Of a DNA stretch of 64,000 nucleotides, positions 36,197 through 45,068 are shown piece by piece. Both the position numbers and the translations under genes were made by a program. The stretch lies in contig JAFGPW010000002.1 of assembly GCA_016935985.1 (NCBI GenBank), positions 65,991 through 129,990 on the forward strand, written 5' to 3'. The stretch comes from Candidatus Woesearchaeota archaeon. GTDB lineage: Archaea; Nanobdellota; Nanobdellia; Woesearchaeales; JAFGPW01. Below the pieces are notes generated by a model. The model was not told the DNA's origin. It ran no database searches and saw only the letters and a program-made list of their open reading frames with translations. Position 1 is the first letter of the stretch; each line of letters begins with the position of its first letter.

Positions 36197-38101
36197 ATGC
36201 CACAGGTCAGCATCACCTTCCAGGACGGATCACAGAAGAAGTACGACGCAGGGATCACGCTCGGCGAGATCGCGAAGGACCAGGAGGGCCGTTTCGGCAA
36301 GACCATCCTTGCGGCGAGCGTGGATGACCATCTCCAGGACCTCTCCAGGACGGTCGAGAAGGACTCTAGCGTCGTCTTCTTGACCTTCGACACCCACGAG
36401 GGCAGGGACGTCTTCAGGCACAGCACCAGCCACATCCTCGCCCAGGCGGTTCTCCGCATCTGGCCTGACGCGAAGCCCACCATCGGCCCGGCGATCGAGG
36501 ACGGGTTCTACTACGACTTCGACATGCCGCCGGTAGGCCCTGAAGACCTGAAGCGGATCGAGAAGGAGATGAGCCGGGTCGTCCAGGAGAAGATCCCGAT
36601 CGAGCGCAAGGAGGTCTCGAAGGCGGACGCGCTCAGGGAGTTCAAGGGAAACGAGTATAAGATCAGGATGATCAAGGAGCTCGATGAGGGGACCATCACG
36701 ATCTACAAGCAGGGCGACTTCTCCGACCTCTGCAGGGGCCCGCACGTCCCGCACACCGGCTATATCAGGTTCTTCGCCCTGACCAAGGTCGCGGGAGCCT
36801 ACTGGCGCGGCGACGCGAAGAACAAGATGCTCCAGAGGATCTACGGCATCTCGTTCCCCGAGAAGGCGCAGCTCGACGAGTACAAGCGGCTCCAGCAGGA
36901 GGCGAGGCAGCGCGACCACCGCAAGATCGGCCGCGAGCTCGACCTCTTCAGCTTCCAGGAGGAGGGGCCCGGTTTCCCGTTCTGGCACCCCGGCGGCATG
37001 GTGCTGCGCAACCAGATCGAGGCGTTCTACCGCAGGCTCCACCACGACCACGGCTATGTCGAGATCAAGACCCCTATCATCCTCTCCCGAACGCTCTGGG
37101 AGAAGTCGGGCCACTGGGACCACTACCGGGAGAACATGTACTTCACGACGATCGACGGGGCGGACTACGCGGTGAAGCCGATGAACTGTCCCGGCGGCGT
37201 GCTCGTCTTCAAGAGCAGGATACGCTCGTACAAGGAGCTCCCCATGAAGGTCGCCGAGTTCGGGCTCGTGCACCGCCACGAGCTCGCGGGTGTGCTCCAC
37301 GGCCTCTTCCGCGTCAGGGTCTTCACCCAGGACGACGCCCATGTCTACTGCCTGCCCGAGCAGCTGAAGGACGAGATAATCAAGGTGATCGACCTCGTCT
37401 TCGAGCTCTACCACGCCTTCGGGTTCGAGGACTTCGACATCGAGCTCTCGACCAGGCCCGAGAAGTCGATAGGGAGCGACGCGATGTGGGAGAACGCGGA
37501 AGGAGCGCTCCGCGACGCCCTCGAGGAGAAGAGGATACCCTATAAGCTCAACCCCGGCGACGGCGCGTTCTACGGCCCGAAGATCGACTTCCACATCAAG
37601 GACTGCATGCGGCGCAGCTGGCAATGCGGCACCATCCAGGTGGATTTCGCGATGCCGGAGACCCTCGACATCACCTACATGGGCGAGGATGGCACCCAGA
37701 ACCATCGCCCGGTCATGATCCACCGCGCCATCATGGGCTCGATCGAGCGGTTCATCGGGATCCTCCTCGAGCATACGGCAGGCAAATTGCCGATGTGGCT
37801 CAGCCCGGTGCAGGTGAAGATCCTCACGGTCTCGGAGAAGTTCACCGATTATGCGAACGGCGTCGCGGCGAAGATGGATGCGGCTGGCCTGCGCGTGCGC
37901 GTGGACGACCGGAACGAGTCGATCGCGAAGAAGGTGCGCGAGGCTCAGCTCCAGAAGGTCAACTACATCCTCGTGGTCGGCGAGAAGGAGCAGAAGGGCG
38001 GGACGGTGGCCGTCCGCACGCGCGCGAACGAGGTCAGGGGCGAGCAGGAGGTCGCGGACTTCATCAGGGACGCGTGCAAGGAGGCGGATTCGAGGGGGTA
38101 G
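36197..38101 (+). CDS. thrS: threonine--tRNA ligase (bacterial-type, TGS + editing + class II catalytic + anticodon-binding)
   Basis: MPQVSITFQDGSQKKYDAGITLGEIA TGS start; HRDLKP; class II motifs. Confidence 0.9.
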   Translation: MPQVSITFQDGSQKKYDAGITLGEIAKDQEGRFGKTILAASVDDHLQDLSRTVEKDSSVVFLTFDTHEGRDVFRHSTSHILAQAVLRIWPDAKPTIGPAIEDGFYYDFDMPPVGPEDLKRIEKEMSRVVQEKIPIERKEVSKADALREFKGNEYKIRMIKELDEGTITIYKQGDFSDLCRGPHVPHTGYIRFFALTKVAGAYWRGDAKNKMLQRIYGISFPEKAQLDEYKRLQQEARQRDHRKIGRELDLFSFQEEGPGFPFWHPGGMVLRNQIEAFYRRLHHDHGYVEIKTPIILSRTLWEKSGHWDHYRENMYFTTIDGADYAVKPMNCPGGVLVFKSRIRSYKELPMKVAEFGLVHRHELAGVLHGLFRVRVFTQDDAHVYCLPEQLKDEIIKVIDLVFELYHAFGFEDFDIELSTRPEKSIGSDAMWENAEGALRDALEEKRIPYKLNPGDGAFYGPKIDFHIKDCMRRSWQCGTIQVDFAMPETLDITYMGEDGTQNHRPVMIHRAIMGSIERFIGILLEHTAGKLPMWLSPVQVKILTVSEKFTDYANGVAAKMDAAGLRVRVDDRNESIAKKVREAQLQKVNYILVVGEKEQKGGTVAVRTRANEVRGEQEVADFIRDACKEADSRG

Positions 38102-38152
38102 GGGCGGATCCTTGCGAACCGTTAAATTCCTGTTATACGAGGGTGAGGAGCG

Positions 38153-38596
38153 TTAGCGACGAGAAGTTGGCGTAGGGCGGGTTTCATAAAATTTTTTGAG
38201 AATATCGTCTAATTTATTCCAATCTTCACCAACAACAATAGGTTTCAAGGCAATTAGTTCTTCTCTATAACTTACTTGCTGTGGGATGTCATTCAATAAA
38301 AAAATCGGGATTTTTCTATAAAATGCCAGGCCCATTTCCAAAAAAGAATTTCCACCAATATATCCTGCAATTCCATTTTTATCATAATTTGCAACATAAA
38401 CGGCATGAGACGAGTCAATTTTTTGGATATGTTCATTGATTAAATCGTATTGAATTTTTGCTAATGAATCTTCACCTAAGTGGTGGAAATCTTTCATGCT
38501 TGGCAATAGAACCTCGTGTCCTATTTCTTCGAGAGATTTTTTTATATCCCACAGCTTCTCAAAAAATTTTGCACTTGAACATAATGTAATTTTCAT
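38153..38596 (-). CDS. nucleoside 2-deoxyribosyltransferase-like / SLOG-fold protein (tentative)
   Basis: 147 aa; MKITLCSSAKFF ... AVYVANYDKNGIAGYIGGNSFLEMGLA resembles the PF05014/PF15891 pattern. Confidence 0.4.
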   Translation of the reverse strand: MKITLCSSAKFFEKLWDIKKSLEEIGHEVLLPSMKDFHHLGEDSLAKIQYDLINEHIQKIDSSHAVYVANYDKNGIAGYIGGNSFLEMGLAFYRKIPIFLLNDIPQQVSYREELIALKPIVVGEDWNKLDDILKKFYETRPTPTSRR

Positions 38597-38654
38597 AATT
38601 ATATTGGAATAAGTATTAGTTTAAATATTTAACCCGCCCGAAGCCAATTACGCC

Positions 38655-38732
38655 TAACATCGCGATTAAGAGAAGTTCGGCGTAGCCGAATTTGGACGGA
38701 GCCTGCAAGGCGGAGTCTCTTAATCGCTGTTA
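38655..38732 (+). repeat. structured repeat copy 1 (TAACATCG-arm-AAGTT hairpin AATTTGG-CCTGCAAGG-arm'-CGCTGTTA)
   Basis: 78 bp; arms CGATTAAGAGA / TCTCTTAATCG complementary; internal hairpin TTCGGC-GTA-GCCGAA. Confidence 0.8.
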
Positions 38733-38961
38733 TGTGGTGAGCCTGTAAGGCGAACGAGGGAGCATAGCGACCGACAGTATGACGCAGACAAAAGATTTAG
38801 AAAAATTTTCCTATTAATATTCCAGCCACAATAAGTAAAGCTGCGATTATTAACAGAATAATCAATAGTGAAAATTTTTTTCGTTTTCTAAGTAATTCTC
38901 CTAACATATTTTTAGTTTATTGATTAGAATATATAAATCTTTTGTCGAGTAATATTGCACA

Positions 38962-39043
38962 TAACATCGGGATTTACCGAAGTTCGCGAAGCGAATTTGG
39001 ACGAAGAAACCTGCAAGGTTTCGTAGTCGGTAAATCGCTGTTA
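38962..39043 (+). repeat. structured repeat copy 2
   Basis: 82 bp; arms GGATTTACCG / CGGTAAATCG (compensatory relative to copy 1); hairpins TTCGC-GAA-GCGAA and GAAACC-TGCAA-GGTTTC. Confidence 0.8.
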
Positions 39044-39123
39044 GTTGCGTCACAAAGTGACCGAGGGATAGTGCAACGATTTTTCACGAAGTGAAAAAAT
39101 CCCGAAGAGTTGAGAAAAGAAAT

Positions 39124-39381
39124 CTAATGTTGTGTTTTAAAGAAATAAGCACTTGCAATACCAAATCCAATTGTTAAAATCCATAAGATTATTGTAACTG
39201 TGCCAGAGCCACCTAGAGGAGACATTAATGCGGCAAAACCAAGAATAAATGTAATAATTGCTAGCACAATTGCCAATGCTCTATGTCCCATAAAACTCCA
39301 AAATGTCATATTACAATATAGATATTGGATTTGGTTTATAAATTTTTCGTCAAGATTTCTTTTTTCAATTGCAACTAACAT
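39124..39381 (-). CDS. small membrane protein (2-3 TM)
   Basis: 85 aa; island codon usage; sits between repeat copies 2 and 3. Confidence 0.4.
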   Translation of the reverse strand: MLVAIEKRNLDEKFINQIQYLYCNMTFWSFMGHRALAIVLAIITFILGFAALMSPLGGSGTVTIILWILTIGFGIASAYFFKTQH

Positions 39382-39451
39382 CGCGATTAAAAAAAGTTCG
39401 CGAAGCGAATTTGGGAAAATCCTGCAAGGATTTTCTTTTTAATCGCTGTTA
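39376..39451 (+). repeat. structured repeat copy 3
   Basis: 76 bp; arms CGATTAAAAA / TTTTTAATCG; hairpins TTCGC-GAA-GCGAA and AAAATCC-TGCAA-GGATTTT. Confidence 0.8.
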
Positions 39452-39546
39452 TACGCCCCGAACAAAATCTTTGATTTTGTGAGAGCCTGCAAGGCGTGGT
39501 CGAGGAGTTTTGAAAAAACTCCGAAGAAGTCGTAAGAGATGCCGTC

Positions 39547-40029
39547 CTATTTGATTAATGAACCCATAACATCTTGGAAAAAAACACTTTCTCCTCTATA
39601 AAGAATTCTCTCTTGTCCTTTGAAATAACTATAATCGCCTTCCATTTCAAAGGTGTATCTAAAATCTCCATCAGAGAATTCTTTAGGTCCTCGAAAAGGC
39701 ACACTATCATCAAAATTCATTAGAGCTTTTTTTAGAAATGGAAATGCTTGTTCTTGGAAAAAAGCGTCATCGAATTTTGGATTATGTTGTCCTTGATATG
39801 CCATGCACCAAATAGGATTTCCTTGGAAGAAAACAACTTCTCTTCCTGGTGCCCATTGGCTTCCTGCATAAGAATCGTGATATCTTAAATCTCCTTCTAC
39901 AAATTCATAATCTTTATGACCTTCTTGAGTGGGCACCTCACACCTATGTTGTTTTCTGACTTCTTTTGGTGCGGCATAAGTATGTCTGTGTGCCTTTGCG
40001 ATAAAATCTAAAAGTGTTTTTTTCTCCAT
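39547..40029 (-). CDS. hypothetical aromatic-rich protein (possibly DUF5680-like)
   Basis: 160 aa. Confidence 0.4.
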   Translation of the reverse strand: MEKKTLLDFIAKAHRHTYAAPKEVRKQHRCEVPTQEGHKDYEFVEGDLRYHDSYAGSQWAPGREVVFFQGNPIWCMAYQGQHNPKFDDAFFQEQAFPFLKKALMNFDDSVPFRGPKEFSDGDFRYTFEMEGDYSYFKGQERILYRGESVFFQDVMGSLIK

Positions 40030-40094
40030 AAATTTAGTAAAATTGGTGAATTAATAAAGCTTTCTTTCGTGTAGGCATCTCTTACGATTGCGTA

Positions 40095-40240
40095 TAACAT
40101 CGCGATTTAAAGAAGTTCAATTCTGACCTCGAGACTCGCCTTGCAGAGGCTCGAGCTGGAAGAATTGAATTTGGGTAAATTTCGGGAAATCGCTTGGCGA
40201 TTTAGCGTAAGCGACCGAAATTTCCTTTAAATCGCTGTTA
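40095..40240 (+). repeat. structured repeat copy 4 (expanded, 146 bp)
   Basis: Arms CGATTTAAAG / CTTTAAATCG; hairpin stem changed to TTCAATTC ... GAATTGAA; extra internal insert. Confidence 0.75.
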
Positions 40241-40385
40241 TATTCTTTGACCCTACGAGTGAAACGGAGTGGGGTCAAATTTCGTCCGAAAAGTCACGAG
40301 AACGCCGTCTTCAAGGGCGAAGCCCTATCTAACATTAACTTAAAGGGAAAGGAAACTTAAATATTGTTTTTTCTATAGAGTAGTA

Positions 40386-40880
40386 ATGTGCGAAAGATTT
40401 AAATATCTTATATTTATTCTATTCTGTATGGACAACATAAATGATAGATGTTATCAAAGTGATTTATCAACATCAGGATTTGATCAAGCAGATGCATTAG
40501 CAATTAATTTTCTAATGGCACAAGGACTGTTTCTAAGAGGTAGGGGTTATACTCCTGCTGAAACAGGTATATATTTAGACGGAAAAAGATTTATTATTGC
40601 AAGAATGGTTGGAAAATCATCACATTTTGGAGCAGGGGGACAATCGCTTGGACTTCCCGATGAAAGAACTGCAAATCCTGAAGATTATGCCGCATTTCTG
40701 GAAATGCTGATGGGCGGAGATGTTAATAAAGCAACTGTTATTACTTCTAGTAAGGATGTAACAGACCAATTACTAAAAGCAGAAGGTTTAACATCCATTA
40801 TTGGTAAACCAGATGGTGCGGTTCCATACATTGAAGCAAAATATTCTGGAAAACAAATTGACATTATTACTGGTCGTTAG
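40386..40880 (+). CDS. hypothetical protein
   Basis: 164 aa, island codon usage. Confidence 0.4.
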   Translation: MCERFKYLIFILFCMDNINDRCYQSDLSTSGFDQADALAINFLMAQGLFLRGRGYTPAETGIYLDGKRFIIARMVGKSSHFGAGGQSLGLPDERTANPEDYAAFLEMLMGGDVNKATVITSSKDVTDQLLKAEGLTSIIGKPDGAVPYIEAKYSGKQIDIITGR

Positions 40881-40924
40881 TTTCCTTTCCCTTTCTAGAA
40901 ATTGGGCGTTCTCGTGATTGAATA

Positions 40925-41009
40925 TAACATCGGGCTTAAGGGAAGTTTTTTGCGTAGCAAAAAATTTGGGAGAGCGAAGTGCAACGAGCGAACCCTTTAA
41001 GCCCTGTTA
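40925..41009 (+). repeat. structured repeat copy 5
   Basis: Arms GGCTTAAGGG / CCCTTTAAGCC; hairpin TTTTTTGC-GTA-GCAAAAAA. Confidence 0.75.
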
Positions 41010-41145
41010 AATCCGCCGACGAACGAAGTGAGGAGAGTGCAACGTGCCCGAGCGGAATGAAATGGAGCGAAGGAGTCGCCAGCAGTATATTTTGTTTTTA
41101 GGGGGTCAGCGCAAATTTTTTGCTTCTTTTTTTGAAAAAAGAAGA

Positions 41146-41733
41146 TTATTGATTTTCCATAATTTCTTGTATGTCCAAATCTAAGTGTCTAAGCAATCTA
41201 GATTCAGAAACTTTTTCTAATCCTCTTTTGATAAGTTCTTGTGCTTCAGAATATTGTTTTCTATAAATATGATGGATTGCCCCCATATAATACGGGCGAT
41301 CCAAATCAGGATTAAGATTTATTGCTTCTTCCAAACTAGATTCTGCACCTTGAAAGTCTCCTAATTTAAACTGAACAGATGAATAATTAGTAAGAACCAT
41401 AGGTCTTCCTGCCCAATCTTCAGGTGCTTCTTCTAAACAGCACCTAAAAAAATAATTCGCTCCTGCAGGTTCGTTTGCTTCAAGGGTCATAGATCCCAAA
41501 TAAAAATTTGCCCAAAAATCATCAACATGATTAATATGGGATTTGATGAAACATCCATATGCTTCAGGATACATCCCTCTCTGAAGAAATATAGCTCCAG
41601 TACCAGTTAAACGAGTAATTCTATCGGCATAAGTTTTTGGATTACTCTCATCAAGATATTCATTTTTCATTTGAACACTCGCTACAAGATGCTTTGCCAA
41701 TATGTCTGTAAGCTTATCTTTTCCCATAATCAA
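41146..41733 (-). CDS. TPR-repeat protein
   Basis: 195 aa; several 34-aa helical repeats (W/LG/Y/A/F/A/P pattern). Confidence 0.55.
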   Translation of the reverse strand: MIMGKDKLTDILAKHLVASVQMKNEYLDESNPKTYADRITRLTGTGAIFLQRGMYPEAYGCFIKSHINHVDDFWANFYLGSMTLEANEPAGANYFFRCCLEEAPEDWAGRPMVLTNYSSVQFKLGDFQGAESSLEEAINLNPDLDRPYYMGAIHHIYRKQYSEAQELIKRGLEKVSESRLLRHLDLDIQEIMENQ

Positions 41734-41814
41734 ATGGTAACGGTTGTTACTATATAAGTATTACTCCCCCCCAATTAGGGAAAAATATATAAATATATAG
41801 GATATTCCATATAT

Positions 41815-42552
41815 ATGATAAAGGAATCGTTAGAAAAAATAGGCTTAACATCCGGAGAAGCTGAAGTATATGAAGCACTGGTTAGCTTAGGCTTATCATC
41901 TACTGGTGCAATTACAAAAAAAGCAGGAATTGCCAGTTCTAAAGTATATGAGGTTCTTCAGAGATTACAAAAAAAAGGTCTTGTTAGTTTTGTGATAAAA
42001 AATGGAGTACAATATTATGATGCAACACCTCCTGAACGATTGCTTGATTTTCTTGAAGAAAAAAAAGAAGATGTAGTAAGGGCTCAAGAAGACATCAAGA
42101 AAATTATTCCTACAATAAAGCAACTTGGAGAGAAAGCAGACGAACATAATGAAACAGTAGTTTATACAGGTATTGAAGGTGCAAAGATTGTTCTTAAGGA
42201 GATATTAGAAGCAGGAAAGAAAGGAATATCTAATTATGGATTCGGGACAAATGTTGATCCTTATGTGGAACAATTGCCTCATGCTCTTAATAATTATATT
42301 CAAGAGGCAAAAAAACTAAAGTTTAAAACAAGATTAATTTTTGCTAAAGGATTCAAATCTTCAAATATAACAGCAGAAATTAGATTTCTCTCAACGGAAT
42401 ATTTACCTCCTGTTAGAACAATGATTTATGGACATAAAGTTGCGATAGTTGATTTCACAAAGCCAGTTACAACAATTATTATTCATAAAAGAGAAATTGC
42501 GGAATCATATAAAAAACACTTTGAACAATTATGGAAAATCGCAAAAAAATAA
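41815..42552 (+). CDS. TrmB family transcriptional regulator
   Basis: N-terminal HTH LTSGEAEVYEALVSLGLSSTGAITKKAGIASSKVYEVLQRLQKKGLV; 245 aa. Confidence 0.8.
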   Translation: MIKESLEKIGLTSGEAEVYEALVSLGLSSTGAITKKAGIASSKVYEVLQRLQKKGLVSFVIKNGVQYYDATPPERLLDFLEEKKEDVVRAQEDIKKIIPTIKQLGEKADEHNETVVYTGIEGAKIVLKEILEAGKKGISNYGFGTNVDPYVEQLPHALNNYIQEAKKLKFKTRLIFAKGFKSSNITAEIRFLSTEYLPPVRTMIYGHKVAIVDFTKPVTTIIIHKREIAESYKKHFEQLWKIAKK

Positions 42553-42639
42553 ATCTCTGAAACGAAGTTTCAGACTATCTGTTTTCTGAAAGAAAACCGC
42601 GCTGACCCCCTTTCTATAAATAATGCTGGTGATTGGATT

Positions 42640-42749
42640 TAACATCGGGCTTAAGGGAAGTTTTTTCCGCAGGAAAAAATTTGGGAGAGAAACGAATTTT
42701 GCTTGGCAAAATAGCGAAGCGGTCGTTTCGAACCCTTTAAGCCCTGTTA
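42640..42749 (+). repeat. structured repeat copy 6
   Basis: Same arms as copy 5; hairpin TTTTTTCC-GCA-GGAAAAAA (compensatory GC to CC/GG change relative to copy 5). Confidence 0.75.
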
Positions 42750-42815
42750 AATACGTTTTCCGTTACGAGCGAAGCGGAGTTCGGAAAACCTGCGTCCGCA
42801 GAGTAAAATTTCCAT

Positions 42816-42862
42816 TTAAAAATAAATTCGACCACAGGGAGTGTATATGTGCGAAGCACTGG
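42816..42862 (+). repeat. direct repeat DR-A (TTAAAAATAAATT-N15-TATATGTGCGAAGCACTGG)
   Basis: 37/47 identical to DR-B at 49492-49537. Followed by three GGGGAGTTCC 10-mers at 42861, 42916, 42967 and a ~55 bp degenerate tandem repeat x3. Confidence 0.7.
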
Positions 42863-43038
42863 GGAGTTCCGTTCCTTAGAAAGAGCGAATGCGACACATC
42901 AAGAACAAGTATCTAGGGGAGTTCTTTTTTCATCAAAGCCGAAGGCTCATCAAGTAAAAACATCTAGGGGGAGTTCCGTTCAATACAAGCGAACAAAGTG
43001 AGCCATCAAGAACAAGGTTATAGGGGCGAGAAAACCAA

Positions 43039-43073
43039 AACATTTATTAACATTTGATAACATTTGTGATAAT
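43039..43073 (+). promoter_or_regulatory. three 10-bp-phased iterons AACATTT(A/G)NN upstream of the RHH gene (candidate operator)
   Basis: AACATTTATT AACATTTGAT AACATTTGTG, 12-45 nt upstream of the ATG. Confidence 0.4.
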
Positions 43074-43084
43074 AGGGGGTAGCT

Positions 43085-43222
43085 ATGAAACCAAAAAACG
43101 TTACACTACACTTAAATTCAGATTTGTACGAGAAATATAAAGAATTTTGCAAGAGAAAAGGCTGGCTTGTATCTAGACAAGTTGAGCTTATGATGGAAAA
43201 GCAGATGAAGGGAGACATATAA
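43085..43222 (+). CDS. ribbon-helix-helix (CopG/Arc-like) small DNA-binding protein, 45 aa
   Basis: Not in the track. MKPKNVTLHLNSDLYEKYKEFCKRKGWLVSRQVELMMEKQM is a beta-strand then helix-helix pattern. Stops 1 nt before the next gene. Confidence 0.5.
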   Translation: MKPKNVTLHLNSDLYEKYKEFCKRKGWLVSRQVELMMEKQMKGDI

Positions 43223-43223
43223 A

Positions 43224-43961
43224 ATGGTATCATTCAAACTTGCAGCTATAAAAATTCTGAGAGAAGCAAAAGAACCTTTGCACTATGAAGAGATCACTAA
43301 AAGGGCATTAGAGAATAACATGATTGAGACTTCTGGAGCTACACCTGAATCAACCATGAATGCTCAGATTGCTGTTGACATTAAATCAAAGAAAGGAGAA
43401 TCTCCTTTTGTACGGGTTAAACCTGGTTATTTCGGACTAAATCCTAATTTTACTGAAAAGGAAGAGAAAGAAGAAGAAAAAGAAGAAGAAGTAAAAGAAG
43501 CAGAAATTCAAGAGAATATAAGCACACAATACGTAGGTAAAGCAGGAGAGCATCGGGTTGTCAGTGAGTTATTATTCAGAGGATTTAATGCAAGTATTAT
43601 GGGTGTTGATGAAGGGATTGATATTGTTGCTACAAAAGAAAGAAGTCTCTATAATATACAAGTAAAAACCTCAAACGAGAACAAATTCAATTATTATGTT
43701 TTTGATTTGCGTATAAGCAGTTTTGAGAAATATAATAGAAATAATACTTTCTATGTATTTGTTCTTAAAGGAGAAAAGGTTAATTTTCTCATATTACCTT
43801 ACTTTGAAATTCAGAAAAATGTTGATCAAAAAAATATTCTTGTTGTAAATAAAAGTACACGATATCGAATTAACATTAGGATACGTGATGGAAAATTGTA
43901 TTTAGGAAATAAGGAGAATGAAATGTCATACTTTATGAATAATTGGGAGTTAGTTAAATGA
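43224..43961 (+). CDS. HARE-HTH + PD-(D/E)xK (Mrr-like) restriction endonuclease-like protein
   Basis: N-terminal AAIKILREAKEPLHYEEITKRALENNMIETSGATPESTMNAQIAVDIK (HARE-HTH). C-terminal EHRVVSELLF ... GVDEGIDIVATKE ... IQVKTS nuclease core. Confidence 0.6.
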   Translation: MVSFKLAAIKILREAKEPLHYEEITKRALENNMIETSGATPESTMNAQIAVDIKSKKGESPFVRVKPGYFGLNPNFTEKEEKEEEKEEEVKEAEIQENISTQYVGKAGEHRVVSELLFRGFNASIMGVDEGIDIVATKERSLYNIQVKTSNENKFNYYVFDLRISSFEKYNRNNTFYVFVLKGEKVNFLILPYFEIQKNVDQKNILVVNKSTRYRINIRIRDGKLYLGNKENEMSYFMNNWELVK

Positions 43962-44605
43962 ATCAGACAAAATCAAGGCAAAGAGTTATTGATCATGGAG
44001 AAGTCTTTACCCATGAAAGAGAAGTAAATGGAATGCTTGATCTTGTTAAAAATGAAACTGAAAGATTAGATTCTCGATTTTTAGAGCCTGCGTGTGGAAC
44101 GGGTAATTTCTTAATTGAAGTATTGAACAGAAAACTCATGGTTCTTAAGAAAAAATATAGTCGTAGTCAACCAGAATATGAAAAATATGGTATAGTTGTT
44201 GTTTCAAGCTTATATGGTATTGATTTACTTGAAGACAACGTACAGGAATGTAGGCAAAGATTAATTGACACATTGGAAAAAGAATATACCTCTATTTTCA
44301 AACATAAATTTAATCAAAAGTATGTAGAAGTTTTAAGGTTCATCTTAAGCAAGAATATTGTCTCAGGAGATGCGCTGACAATGAAAAATACTAAAGGAAA
44401 GCCACTCATTTTTTCTGAATGGTCAATGCCTTATAATGATTCTAAAATTAAAAGGAAAGAATATTCATTTAAGGATATATTTAGCCCCACTCTTTTATGG
44501 AGTTTTACTACTGATAGCGATACAGGAGAAAGAGTAATATTACCCAACGTATATAAGGATCATCCCCTCATGAACTATATGGAGTTAGTAAACAAAAATG
44601 GATGA
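43958..44605 (+). CDS. truncated gamma-class N6-adenine MTase paralog (motif X + canonical motif I, no NPPY)
   Basis: GEVFTHEREVNGMLDLV ... LEPACGTGNFLIEVL; 215 aa. Confidence 0.55.
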   Translation: MNQTKSRQRVIDHGEVFTHEREVNGMLDLVKNETERLDSRFLEPACGTGNFLIEVLNRKLMVLKKKYSRSQPEYEKYGIVVVSSLYGIDLLEDNVQECRQRLIDTLEKEYTSIFKHKFNQKYVEVLRFILSKNIVSGDALTMKNTKGKPLIFSEWSMPYNDSKIKRKEYSFKDIFSPTLLWSFTTDSDTGERVILPNVYKDHPLMNYMELVNKNG

Positions 44606-45068
44606 AGAATTTGACATAGAAGGTGTAATTTATCCGGTGCCTTACGATTTAGCTATGAATATTTTTAAAAAAAATAAAAAAATTTTTGTTAAATATTTGA
44701 CACACGAGCCTACAAAAAAAACAGTAGTTCGTCTTAAGAAAGGGATGAAGTTGTATATCTATTCTTCACAATCCAAAAAGGTTATTCTCGGTGAAGGAGT
44801 TATTGATGAAATATCTTTTTTGAACAGATCAGAAATCTTATCAAAATTTGATGACGAGCTATTCATTTCGGAGTCAGAGTTAAGGGACTACTCGAAGGGG
44901 AGAGAAAGTAAGAAGGCCCAAGTGTTAAAAATTAAGAATATTGTTCTGTATCCCAAAGGGAAGATTGTTAAAAGAGCAATAACTATGACCGGTATATATG
45001 TAACTGGACAAAATAAAAAAAGCATTTTTGGGAATCAGAAAAACATCAATGGAGTTAACAAAAAATGA
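44598..45068 (+). CDS. PUA/ASCH-like beta-barrel domain protein (tentative)
   Basis: 156 aa; MKLYIYSSQSKKVILGEGVIDEISFL; embedded in the RM operon with 8-nt and 4-nt overlaps. Confidence 0.35.
   Translation: MDEEFDIEGVIYPVPYDLAMNIFKKNKKIFVKYLTHEPTKKTVVRLKKGMKLYIYSSQSKKVILGEGVIDEISFLNRSEILSKFDDELFISESELRDYSKGRESKKAQVLKIKNIVLYPKGKIVKRAITMTGIYVTGQNKKSIFGNQKNINGVNKK

Noticed and set aside
36230-37774. 514-aa minus-strand ORF
   Set aside because: Antisense to thrS.
38655-42749. CRISPR array interpretation of the six repeats
   Set aside because: Copies differ in length (76-146 bp) and sequence. Their spacing is irregular and occupied by genes. Each copy is an internal palindrome rather than a short identical direct repeat.
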